Below, in pieces: positions 27,367-39,200 of a stretch of 64,000 bases of DNA. The notes beneath the pieces are model-generated. The model made no database searches, was not told where the DNA came from, and worked only from the letters and a program-made list of their open reading frames with translations. Made by a program: the position numbers and the translations under genes. Origin of the DNA: Selaginella moellendorffii (taxonomy: Eukaryota > Plantae > Lycopodiophyta); NCBI RefSeq assembly GCF_000143415.4, contig NW_003314271.1, forward strand, positions 947,150-1,011,149, written 5' to 3'. Position 1 is the stretch's first letter; each line of letters begins with the position of its first letter.

Positions 27367-27724
27367 TGTCGAGACCCCCAACAAAATCAAGACTGGAAAA
27401 TGCAGAAGACAAAGAGAAAAGCTAGTGGAAATGAAGAAAAGGCTTTATACTAATGTTGATTCAGATTGTGGAGAAATGGAACAAGGCTAACCTATATATA
27501 CTATAGGTTGATGAAGCTCCACCACTCTTGGATCGAAGACAGCCTAAATATAGCTAAGGTCGAGGAGGCACCACATCATCAGGAATGTGGCTTGAGATTC
27601 AAGAATTATACGGGAAATTAGAGAGTCAAGAATAGGGAAGTGTCTCGAGAGTCAAGAATGTGGTCTGCAGGTCAGGAATCTGGTGAGAGTCAGGAATGTG
27701 GCAAGAATTGGGGGATTCCTGACA
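27367..27724 (-). repeat. 5' LTR of the chromovirus
   Basis: TGTCGAGACCCC...ATTCCTGACA, with a TATA-like element at about 27492-27500 on the minus strand. Confidence 0.95.
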
Positions 27725-28108
27725 CACTCAACTCTACCAAAAATTAGAGTTGTTTTATATCATGAACAAAGTTCTACTTTTGGACAGAAAATTATCTAAA
27801 TCTACATTTAAATATGACAAAGCAAGTGAAAGTGGAGTTGAAAGAAATTTTTTAACAAACCTTGCATTGATCTTTTGGCAGGCCAAGATAGATCTATTGA
27901 TATCCAAAGGAAGCTACATACTTATGGTTACTGTTAATAATTTGGAATATTATCCCCACAAATTATTAAGTTTCAGAATGTCTAATAAGCATATTATTGA
28001 ATTCAAAGGTCTTCTTCCTTTAAATAGGATCGCTGCATTTCACGATCTTGAGTGTGACGGTAATGATCTCTATTATTCCTAGCTTGCAAAGAGAATATTA
28101 CTACCTTT

Positions 28109-28395
28109 ATGCTTTATTTCGTTAAAGTGGAACTTTTCATTATCCCACTTATGGTGTGTGGCCACATGCCATTTTTATAACAACAATAAAAAATTGAAGT
28201 TTTAGCTTTATAATTTATAAATTAAAAATTTTTCATATGATTTTGTGTTATAATATTGTGAAATATAAAAAATAAATTAAAAAACTGATAGAAATATTAA
28301 TAAATATTAATTAAGTACTAGGAAATGGCATGTGGACACATGCTAATTAATGTCCCACTTTACTGAATAAGTTCCACTTTAACGAAATAGAGCAT
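28109..28395 (+). mobile_element. 287-bp MITE related to the 42226-54553 transposon
   Basis: TIRs ATGCT(T/C)TATTTCGTTAAAGTGGAACTT. CTTT duplicated at 28105-28108 and 28396-28399. Absent from homologous empty sites near 10135 and 57362. Confidence 0.92.
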
Positions 28396-29299
28396 CTTTA
28401 GTGACCTAAAGCTCCTTTTAAAAATGTTTGAATTAGTATTTGGATATTAAATGAAATATCTAAATAATCAGGTGCTAAAAGATTAATATTTGTGCCTATA
28501 AATATACATGCATTCAACTTGAATCAATACAAAATACTGTTAGCAAAATATTTATTGATATGATATATTTGAATGGAATGTAGATCAGATTTAGTTTTAA
28601 AACTTACAAATATATAATTAAAAAACTAAATTTTTTATTTATAAATTTTAATTATTAGTTTATTAAGTTATATGTTAACTTATTTATAAATGACTTATTT
28701 ATTTGGTTAATATAAACTGAGGATTTTTGTTTTGTGCCTTGTAGCAATTGCCTAATATGTGTTTATATATTAAATTGTATTTTATACCACTTACTGAGTT
28801 TTAAATGTATTTTATAAAATATAGAAGATAAACAATAATGCTAAAATTAAATAACTAGAGTTAAATGAGATTAGATGGGAAACCTAATACAAGGAAAGTT
28901 TATTTATTAAGTATTTTTAAGTTATAGTTTATACAACTTGAGTTTAGAAGTTGATACAAATGAAAAAAATTAATACAAAAATAATATATTGTCTTGATCT
29001 CGTTTTATCCAATCTTTAGCATCAATATCCATAAATTCAAGTTAATCATTCATCAATTTTTAATTTAGTTAGGACTTATATTCTTTTTCTTCCTTCAGCC
29101 CTCTCACCATTTTGCTTGTAATCAAATTATATTATAATTGATTTTTTGTCATAAATGGTGCAGATTTGGATTCATGCTCTTCATTACAAATATAGTTCTT
29201 CCACCACAAAAAGATTCTCTAGGCTTTTGCAAAACCAACTGCTGGAGTCATTCCACTGCATATCCAATAGATATGAAGCTATTTCGACCTGGAGCACAT

Positions 29300-30368
29300 T
29301 TCTATGCTCTTGTCCCTTCACTCCTTGGGCTAAATGCTCAAGAGTCATTCTATGCTCTAATTCTTTTGTTCCTTGGCTTTAAATTTGGGAGTTAGGCTCT
29401 GTCCTTTCATTTAGTGGCCCAAGGCCCTAAAACTCAAGTTCTAATCCACTATCCCTAGACACATGGTACATGGCATGTGGTATATAAAAGGATAAGTTCT
29501 GCTTTGTGGTTATCCTATGGTAAATCACTATAGAATAAAGGCTGAAAATCATGTATGCTATACTCACTGTTCATAGTAGTGTTCACCACCACCACTATTA
29601 ATTTAAAGCTTGAATGCCTATCCACTAAATTTTACTAACCTTTGATACTTCTTCATTATGTAACTATACCTTTGGTCACTAAACAAAAGAATTATTCCTT
29701 TTGCTTTCCATAATTTAAAACTTTAGAATGATAATTCGAAATATTGCAACTCAATGTGAGTCTCATGTGCATGGGTACTCCTAACCATGTGGCTAAAGCA
29801 AGTTTCTAATGAACCATACAAGACAATGCCACTCATACTTGAATTAGGAACATTAATCATTTGATCTTTCACAACTATTAAATACTTCATCAAATCACCC
29901 CATTTATTTATCCATATTCATTTTACCCTTGGACTCTTTAATAATTATATCATTTTCCACCACATGTCTTCCTTAGTCATATTAACCTTTTTTAGCCTCA
30001 CTAATTCCACTTTGTAGGGATTTATTAAACCTGGAGAAAATCGGTTTAGGCTTTCACCCTTGGATTTAGTCTTGGTTTCAGTCTCAGTCTTGGTCTTGTC
30101 CTTAGTCTTAGTTTCAATCTCAATCTCGCTCTCGGATTTGAATTTGAATTTGGACTCCCTCTCAAACCTATTCTCAACCTTCATTTCTCAGACTTAATTT
30201 TGGACTCGGTCTCAGACTCAGTATCAGACTTGAAATCAGTCTTAAACTCAGTCTTAGACTAAGTCTCAGATTTGGTTTTGACACTTTTATGTCTTATAAC
30301 ATTTACCATGTGTTAGTTTTTTTGCATTTTGTTTTAAAGACTTACTTCATCAATCACTTTATGCTCAT
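29300..30368 (+). repeat. Repeat D with degenerate 6-bp (ET/KT-like) tandem array; inverted copy at about 61640-62760
   Basis: Reverse-complement similarity. The ORFs MKVENRFERESKFKF.. (29945-30184 -) and MEVETRFERESKFKF.. (61816-62028 +) are paralogous. Confidence 0.8.
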
Positions 30369-30468
30369 NNNNNNNNNNNNNNNNNNNNNNNNNNNNNNNN
30401 NNNNNNNNNNNNNNNNNNNNNNNNNNNNNNNNNNNNNNNNNNNNNNNNNNNNNNNNNNNNNNNNNNNN
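30369..30468. other. Assembly gap (N run); further gaps at about 53383-53497 and 53676-53775
   Basis: Runs of n. Confidence 0.99.
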
Positions 30469-31339
30469 AATGATTGGGAGTCGAGGTTAGTGTCTCGCAT
30501 TTGTGCGCTCAACTTCAAGTTCTTCAGTAGTGCCATGTTTCTAAGGCTGTCAAGATCTAGGGGTGAAGGGCTGCCTGTCAAGCTGGATTTACTATTGTGG
30601 GATTGATGTTACTCATACAAGCCGGATCCACAGGTCAATTATTTTGAAGCTAGATTTTATGCTAGAGGAGTGGCCAATTGAGTGAAGCTGCAATCTTTTG
30701 AAAGAAGAGATTGAAAGTTTGAAGAAAGTAGGTTTCAAGCTAAAGACTTCCTTAAATATTGTTGTTAATACTGCTATGCCACCAATATCAACACTAGATT
30801 AGCATACACGATCAGCTAGGAATGGAAAGGTTGTACAATATAAGTCTTTCATTTCAAAAGGTGCACAAGAAAAGATTAAGTTAGCAAAAGAGTTGAAGTG
30901 CACAATCCCAAAGACAAATTACATTAATGTTGTGGCTAAGGAGTTTGTTGTTGTGACTGAGTTGTCAAAGGGTACGAGCTACATTATCAAAAATCTGCAA
31001 AAATCCATCTTATACCTGTCCAAATTTTACACTGAGGGAGAATAAGAGAAAGGTATATTTAGCCTACAAGCACATCTATTACATTTTTATGCAAGAATTA
31101 AACCAAGATTCTAAGATTGACCATCACATCCATCAAGTAAGCTTTACAGTTGTGAAGCTTGAGAAGTGTTTTTAAATTGCTTTTAGTGTTCGGATCTATA
31201 TTTATATTTGTATTTTATTGGTCAAATTTACTTGGAAATATAGATTAAATCAAAATTTGAAAAATAAAAAAATGTTAGTTTGGGACGAACCAATGTTTTT
31301 CTTGTGTTTGAGAAACCATGAGCTCATGAGCTCAAAACC

Positions 31340-31646
31340 TACCCAAGCTTAAGCTGATCTCTCTATAGAACTTGTTCACAGAGATCCACGTAAGGTAGGT
31401 GCACTAGAAGTTGGCACCTTGCTCTATATCGAGTTTCCATGGAGGTTGAGATAACCAAGGTTTGTGCACTTATCCAATGGAGGAACTTCATTGCTGAGTT
31501 TGTTGTCACTCAAGTCAAATATCTCTAGATGATCCAGCTGACTAAATCCTCTTCAAATGCTACCTGATATGTTGTTATAGTTGAGATGCAATCGCTGGAG
31601 AGTCTTCATCTATGTGATCGAATGTGGAATGGGCTTCCTTTTTCAG
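31340..31646 (-). pseudogene. Plant extracellular LRR gene fragment
   Basis: Minus-strand translation MKTLQRLHLNYNNISGSI*RGFSQLDHLEIFDLSDNKLSNEVPPLDKCTNLGYLNLHGNSI fits the LxxLxLxxNxLSGxIP pattern, with stops. Confidence 0.75.
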
Positions 31647-31647
31647 C

Positions 31648-32695
31648 TATGGGTATGTAATTATCTTTTTTTTCTGCCATCAAACATCTTCTGTCTTGGG
31701 GAATTGCAAGCTTGGCAAGGCCGCCTTGGGAGAGAATGTCAAGACACAGATCGTATCTTCAACTTGAGCTCTTCAAGCTTTACGAATTCGGTAAGCTTAA
31801 ACTCTCGTATTGCAGTTGTTTGTTGATTTTTCTTGTTTGTATATAGAGGCCTGTCCCTTCTGTAGACGAGTGAGAGAAGCACGATCTTTCTGCCGAGGTA
31901 GTGTCTCGCGGAAGTTGCAGATGGAAACTTTTTCAATTTTTGTGTAGTTGTATCCGTGCCCCAAAGGATCTCGAGTCCATCGTGCGTTTGTGAAATCGTC
32001 TGGAGGCAAAGAGCAGTAAGTGATACACTCTTGTCTGTAACAAATTCTCATCGAATATGACAGGTTTTCATTTGTCTTGGATCCAAACACCGGCGTGTCA
32101 ATGTACGAGAGCTGTGAGTAACTTTCTCGTTTTCTTTCCATCACAATCAGCTTGCATGAATGCCTCTGGCAGCCGATATTGTCAACTACTTGTTCCAGGA
32201 ATATGGTGAGAGAAGCAAGCCAACATTCGGGATTTTAGAAAGGTAAGAAGTTTTATTGAAGTGTAAACTCTTCGGTATTTCATCATAGTGTGTTCCAGCA
32301 CTTTAGTCACTGGCTGGGTGCCGACAATAATATGAGCAGGGGGAGGCATGTCACTGTGGAATGGAGCATTGCCAAATCCTCCACAGAAGCTACTTGAGCT
32401 CTACTTGAACAACCAGGTAAAGCACTTTGTTTTCAAAGAATTCTAAAAGTTTTTGGTAGTTTGCAAGGCTCGGAAGCGAAGTCCTGTGCGAGCTGGAACT
32501 TCCTTACATCCTCTGGAACACGGGCAAAGGGTAACTTAATTGCTCCAAGCTCAAGCAAATCTCAGGTTCAACACAGGTAACCTTTTGGTCTATTTTTTCC
32601 CTTCATTATCATTGTCAAGAACAGGTTCCACTAGTTGATCCCAACACTGGCATACAAATAGTCCGCTATCTCTTCGCTAACTATAATTCGAACCG
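31648..32695 (+). pseudogene. 5'-truncated copy 3 of the GST-N/Trx gene
   Basis: Same 5' breakpoint and exon-2 loss as copy 2. Extra deletions and a CGA>TGA stop near 32333. Confidence 0.9.
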
Positions 32696-35169
32696 ATGTT
32701 GATGCAGATTTTCCTATCAGCTATCATCATGTTCACTCCATTGAGTGGTACTAATAGTGTATCGCACTTTTCTCCCAAGAACAGGGAAATGGCAGTTGCT
32801 ACCATCAGCAAACGGAGGTACCAGCTAAACAGCAGTGTTCCCACAACTATGGACTGGTTGGCTTTCTAGAACGTACGATACGGGGTGATCTGTACTAGAG
32901 AGAGAAAGTGTTTAGGGTAGGCATTCTTTTTGTACCCCATTTTCAAGAAATGAGGCATTTGGCGCATCTTTTCTGCTACCGCCGGGAACGAGCTCAAGGT
33001 TGCGAGGTATGGGTCATGATGTGGGGATCGTTCGTGATTTGGGGTCGTGTCCTTCTTGGTAGGAAGAGAGGAAATTCTGCTTCGCATGCATCCAGGATGC
33101 CCCTGGGGGGAGGGTGTGATGTCCTGGACTGAGAAAACAAAACGATGGCTGGGACAGCAGTGCTTGGGCAGAATTTGAGAGCTTTGGATGCGCACACAGT
33201 GGCTATCATCCCTGGACACATTGATGAAAGGAAAGTGTTAGGTCTTTCTTTCTTGACTTCTCGACTCACTGACCAAACTTTTTGTGACGAGGTTTGAAGT
33301 TCTGGAGAGCAAGGACGAGCTTGATCTCATTGGACAACAACCACCAGAACCGCTGCGGCAGTTTAACCAGCGCTTTCAGTCTTATATTCGTAAATTCGTC
33401 CTGTGTGGCGACTTGATACGGCTGTGCATCACTTTGCCAAGTTCCAGCCTTCTTGGATTGGTCCTTATCAGGTACTTTCTCGTGCTGGCACTAATTCGTA
33501 TTGGCTAGCAGAGTTGACGGGCAGGAAACCACCGAAGCCAATCAATGGAGTTCATCTCAAACGGTATTTCTTTTAACTGGTACAGTTCACGTTTCGTTTC
33601 TATTCTTTTAATGCTTTGAGTGTCTTTGCGAGAACTATTTTGTTACTCACAGGCCCGAACCTGATTCGGGAGCAGGACACTGTCTCCTGGGATAAGTTCT
33701 GTCCCATTCGCGATGCGGAGACAGCTTGTTGAGGGGCACGATCCTGTGGTACGTAATGCTTCTCTCTCCCCTGTCTCTTGAGGTTTCCGATCGTCACAGT
33801 TCTGAGGTCCATTCTTTGTCTCAAATCGCTGAGAATGTTAATCTGCATTTCCTTGCTTTCTGTCATAACTGTTACATTTGAACTGCTTTCTATGTTTTCT
33901 TGTTCCGTGGTCTCGTTCGTCTAGTTGTGGCCTGTTGTTAACAATCTTTCACTGGGGATGGCCAAAGCGCTTGGTCTCTCTGGCGTTGGAAAGTTTCATG
34001 GCGGTTGGTTCTCGTTGACAGTTGGCCAAGTCGCTTGGTCCTTTCGGCTTGTCAATCGACTGCCTATGACGGGCTGCTTCAAGGATGGATGAGACACGGG
34101 AAAATTTGTGTGATGCCTTTCTGTGCTTATTGTCTTTCTTTCATACCATTGCCTCGGAGCTTGAACATCGATGCTACCTCAGAATCTTTGACTTTGGACC
34201 TCCAATCACTTGGGATTGAGACTCATTCGCCCCTTGAGAGTTGCACACCATCAACACTGAATCTCTTAGTATCTGCGCACTTGGGACGTGCTTTCCCCAG
34301 TCAGTCGCCAAACTGGTACAATCCGAGAACGTACGGGAGAGTGTTATAAGAGAGAGTGTAGGGTAGACATTCCTTTTGGGTAATGTTAGTGCAGAGATCA
34401 TGAAGGGAACTGCCATGGAGATGTGCTCCAGGTCCAAGAGTCCCCAGGAGAGGCATGCAATCCATGACCTAGGTCAATCTGCTGAAACAAAGGAAGTACG
34501 GTCAAGATTGCAGGAAATTTCACTAAAGCATAAAATAGTGATAAAGTCCGTCTCTTATCTGTAAATTGTTTTTGAACTTTTGCCATCTTGAGTTTAATAA
34601 GTATCAGGTGTGAGATGGATGATGTCGATTTCCCCTGTTAAAGACACACAAGACTGAGATAATGACCTTTAGTGAAAATTGTTCATCAAGTTTTACATAT
34701 TTATCTAAATATTTATTTCGAAATATTTCTGATATGTAGATGATAAAGGAAAATTTAAAAAAATTAAAAATATTTTATTCAAAATGAAAGTAATAAAATA
34801 CTTTAATTTTTATATTATTTAAAAAAATTATAAGTTAAATATTTAGTTTAATATAAAATGATGGTAACATGAAGAACAACAATATTTTCTAAATTTTTTA
34901 ATATACTTCTTGTTTGCATCCTTTTTAAAATATATATACTTATTTATCAGTTTTGATATAAAAAACTTGATCTTGTAAATCCACGTAATAACTATAATTG
35001 AGATAAGGTTATTGCTAATGGCAATCCCCTTGTATCATTTATGATAAAAAATCAATCTCAATAAACTTTGATTACAAGAAAATGATGAGAAGGAAACACA
35101 AAAGGAAGTTAAGTAATATAAATTATAATTAAACTTAATTAAATTTATAAATATTGATTATAAAGGCTA

Positions 35170-36200
35170 AAAATTGTCAATGTTGTGCCATTTCTAGCCT
35201 CCTGATAAGAGCTACATCACCATATATAAGTGATATAATCTTAACAATTGCTCAATGTGGCCATCTTTCAATCGGTATCATATTGTTCTATATGTATAAT
35301 AACTTTGGCCCAATTCAATCCTAATGTTTTTACTTTAAGGGTTTGCTTTAAATAGCTATTAATAATATTTCACTATTTTGTGCATTTTTTGGAGGTTTAT
35401 GTGCATCATATCATAATTATCCTTATTGACTTGTAAAATTCCTTATTTAACAATTTTTCACTAATAAGCCATCTTAAATATCTAGATTTAATGAATGCTT
35501 CCATTTTTTCCACTTCTAAATTAAATAATTACTCCTTTATTTTTGATAGTTAGGTTTAAAATGTAGAACCTTTTAGTTGTTTCTTAATCAATATTTTGAT
35601 AGCTTATATGTTCCTTTTAATGACTTGTATTTTTTTAAATGTTCTCCTTCACTTAATCTATGTTTTTTTCATAGAGCTCACTGGTTATTTTAACCATGGA
35701 CTTGTTGACTTCCTAGCGTTTTTTATACAATAATTAGTGTATGTGTTTTGAAAGTGTTTCTTTATATTAATGTAGGCCTCTTGATTCCACATCTTTATGG
35801 ATTAATATTGTTAATAAAACAGTGATCCAAGAAGTCTTTATACTCTGTAGCAATATCTAGTTTCTCATTATTATGACATAAATTTGGTGACAAATAAAAA
35901 TATTTTGTTTGTCTTTGATAAAATTAAAATCTTTCATGACAATCAATGTTGAAGGTTACAAAGGGAGCTCCTTTAAGATCTCTTGAAAAAAACAGCCCCT
36001 CTCTAATGAATGACTTATCAGTGTATACACATTTAGAGAGCATTAGTCATATATTTACTTGATCCCATTATGTCCATTATAAAGTGACTCCCACAAACCT
36101 TTAACCACTATTAGCATCCACCCACTACATCCAATTGTCAGGTTCTAAATTTTTATTTTCTTTTTTTTTTTTTGAACTTATACACCAAATTCACACTTGC
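35170..36200 (-). mobile_element. Second copy of the decayed LINE endonuclease fragment
   Basis: Paralogous to 18650-19700 within the duplicated blocks 17960-20900 and 34450-37450. Confidence 0.55.
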
Positions 36201-39200
36201 AAAACAATGCTTTTGCACACAAAAAAAATCATTTGTGATATACCTTATGATGTCAATAGAACTATCATACCTAGGCAACATGTATATTATATACTCACTA
36301 TCATGAAATTTGTTATATATTTTTTTGTAAAATGCATAATAAGTCCATGTAGCATACATGGTTTTCACCCTTTATCCTATAGTGATTTATCATAAGATAA
36401 CCACGAAGTGAAACCTAAACTCTTCATGTGCCACATGCCACATGCCACATGTCCAATGGACAATAGAGTGGAGCTTGAGTTTCAGGGCCTTGGGCCATTG
36501 AATGAACGTACGAAGCCAAACTCCCAAACTTGCAGCGAAGGAGCAAAGGAACTGGAGTATGGTGTGACTTCTGAGCATTTGGCTTAAAGAGCGAAGGGAT
36601 AGGAGCACAGAGCGATGTAGGAACAGTTTTAGAGTATCTAACATCCCAATGCTAAAACTAGCATCCAAAATAAAGCTAAACGAAGTTTAGAAATATTTCA
36701 AAATACCGATGACTTAACGCAAGGATATGGGTATTCCACCAACTACTATGGTATGGAACTTAGGCTTAGACTCAAACCGGATGCAAGTAAGAGCTAAACT
36801 ATGCCTCAAGTTGGTTGGCCATACCTGACATGCCCACTATCCTTACTATACATTTAGAACCTTTAATAACCCCCCTTCCTTGAGGAACACACACTTTGGG
36901 CTTTCACCCTTAGCCACCTTTAGTACCAAGAGTTAGTCTCTAGAACTAACTTGAAACTTACTAAATATGGAATGTTTCTAGATTGCAAATTTGGACATGG
37001 GACCAACACCATTGTGGTCAAGACAATCTTTATATTCTGTAGATATGCCAAATGAGAAAATTTAGACACTTTCATAAATAGCATTTAGATTCAAATAATA
37101 CTAACATAAAGTGTATAATAGCAAGGGTGTTTAATAAACATGGTAAACTATCATCTAGTGAATATTGAGGGACTAAGCTCAATATCACGAGGGTTCCTAA
37201 CACTAGTAAGTGCAAGTCAATGAATGAGTTTTTCTAACCAGATCAAATATGCTTGATTAATAGCACTTAGAAATTATGTCCTGATACTCATTTGGTCAAG
37301 TGTATATGTAAAGACTAATTTCTCAACTAGTTTAGGCAGAGACTGAAAAATGGGTTCAACAATACTGACCTCTTGCTGTCATGGTAGTAAAGAAAGAATA
37401 TCTAAAAGGACTAATTGACAAATAGCATTCGATACCTAAAGTCATATTTGTGGCACTTTCCCCCCTTTAGAGAAGATTGACGTCCTCGTCGATGCCTACT
37501 CCAATCTAGAGCACCACTAAGAAAACAACTCCAAAAAAAGTTCACAATGTTCACACTATGTGAGAAATGCACCAACTTAAATGAGTTAGGGTAACTTCTT
37601 TGTTTCACGCGAATGCACTACCAACTCAAACACCTTCTGACCATCATTGACAAGGAAATGATTAATGGAGTTAACCACTCTTGTTACTCTAGGTGTCACC
37701 CAACTTACAAAAGTGTGATATGCCTCTATCTGCAAGGATATAGAGAGAGAAGCTAAAGGCCCCAACCTTTAGTAAAGAAAATAAACCTGTCGGTAAGGTT
37801 TAGATAGACTATTGCAAATAAGCAGTTAGAGCAAATAAACACTCATTCATGATAACTATTGTACTAGCCAATCTAAATAAATCTTAGTTAACCATACTAA
37901 AGAACTCAAATTGCTTAAGTAAGTGTTAGTAACATCTTATCAATATTTCAACCCCAAGAGACCAACCAAAGCAAACCACAAAGAATATGTGGTAATGCGA
38001 AAAGCCAAAAACTATCAAAGAAAATAATTAACTATTATGAAAGATCATCAATCATCCCATTAATAGAGAGATGCATTATCATCATCAAGAAATAATCCAC
38101 CATCATAAAGAATGGCAATCATTCAACATCAACAATAATTAAGTAAAACCTTTGACAAAGATAATTAACTATCCTAGATGATAGTCAATCATCATCAATG
38201 ATTGCCAAATGCAGAAGCTAGCTTTAACATTGAAGCTAATAAACTAAAATACCTTCCCCTAACAACTTCTAACAATTAGAATAATGAGTACAACAAAACT
38301 TAAAGAACCAAAAGCTCGAAGAAGTTTATAGCTAAATCTTCCTTAATAATGATCACGAATCTTGCATGAATTAACTTTAATGCCAAAGAAGAAATCATGG
38401 TACAACCCACAACATCTTTCTTAATACATGTAAAAGTGAAACTTTATAATGCAAAACTATAGTATATCTGTATCAATCCAAAAGCTAAGCATAATAAGTG
38501 ATTATCAAACCAATCCTCCATGAATCCATTTTCTATAGTAAAACATAACTCACTTTATAACAAGTACAAGAAAAATCATCATAACAAGTATAAAAAGAAT
38601 CATAAATCGATAAGAACCACCAACTTTAATATTGAACGCTAACTCTTTTTTTTGTAAAGTTAGCATAATTCATAACTAAATCACTTTTCAAGGAAAACCC
38701 AAAGCTCAACCCCTACTAAATAATCTCGTCTAGAACATAACTAACTCAACTTGCTATTTAACTCATTTGAACGCCAACATAGTTGTTAACTAGCTAATGA
38801 ACGATTGCTAACAACATAAAGCTTTAGCCAAATCATTAATACTATCTACATTGAGATTAAGGAAACTCAATATCAAAATTACAGAGAGACATCTCATTTC
38901 ACTCGAATCTTAACATCAAGAATTTTAATGATAAAGCATCACTTCAATGCCATCAACACCAAAACAAAGCTAAAAAAAAGCAAAAGTGAATCACCATTCG
39001 AAGCTCTTTAACAACCAAGCTAATCAAAGTCAAAGATATTATACTTAGTATTTGAGACCAATCCTTTAATAACACTCAGTTACAAATAATACATCATCAA
39101 GGAGTGATTCACCACATCCAAAACTCAATGAAATCCAATACCACAAACTAAATGCAATCAAATGATATCGATAAAGATAAAATTGATATGTTAACATGGA

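Larger units (their letters stand above)
22460..27724 (-). mobile_element. Full-length decayed Ty3/Gypsy chromovirus (Tcn1-like)
   Basis: TG..CA LTRs at 22460-22820 and 27367-27724. CACTC TSD at 22455-22459 and 27725-27729. PPT beside the 3' LTR. Gag zinc knuckle remnant, protease [27 protein letters not shown], RNase H, integrase SAYHPQSDGQSE and GPF, chromodomain EYEVQDILD..YLVDWKGY..TWEP. Many stops. Confidence 0.96.
19850..29300 (-). repeat. Inverted copy of repeat family B/E hosting the LTR element and the MITE
   Basis: Reverse-complement similarity to 9150-12397 and to 62858-64000. Confidence 0.8.

Noticed and set aside
29945-30184. ET/KT-repeat ORF as a protein-coding gene
   Set aside because: It arises from a degenerate 6-bp tandem array inside a duplicated repeat and has no other coding support.
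36426-36452. (ATGCCAC)n in repeat E (also near 19915, 41755, 62537 and 63883) as the transposon palindrome
   Set aside because: These are direct 7-bp tandem units, not inverted arms with a 6-bp spacer. The shared CATGCCA may be chance.
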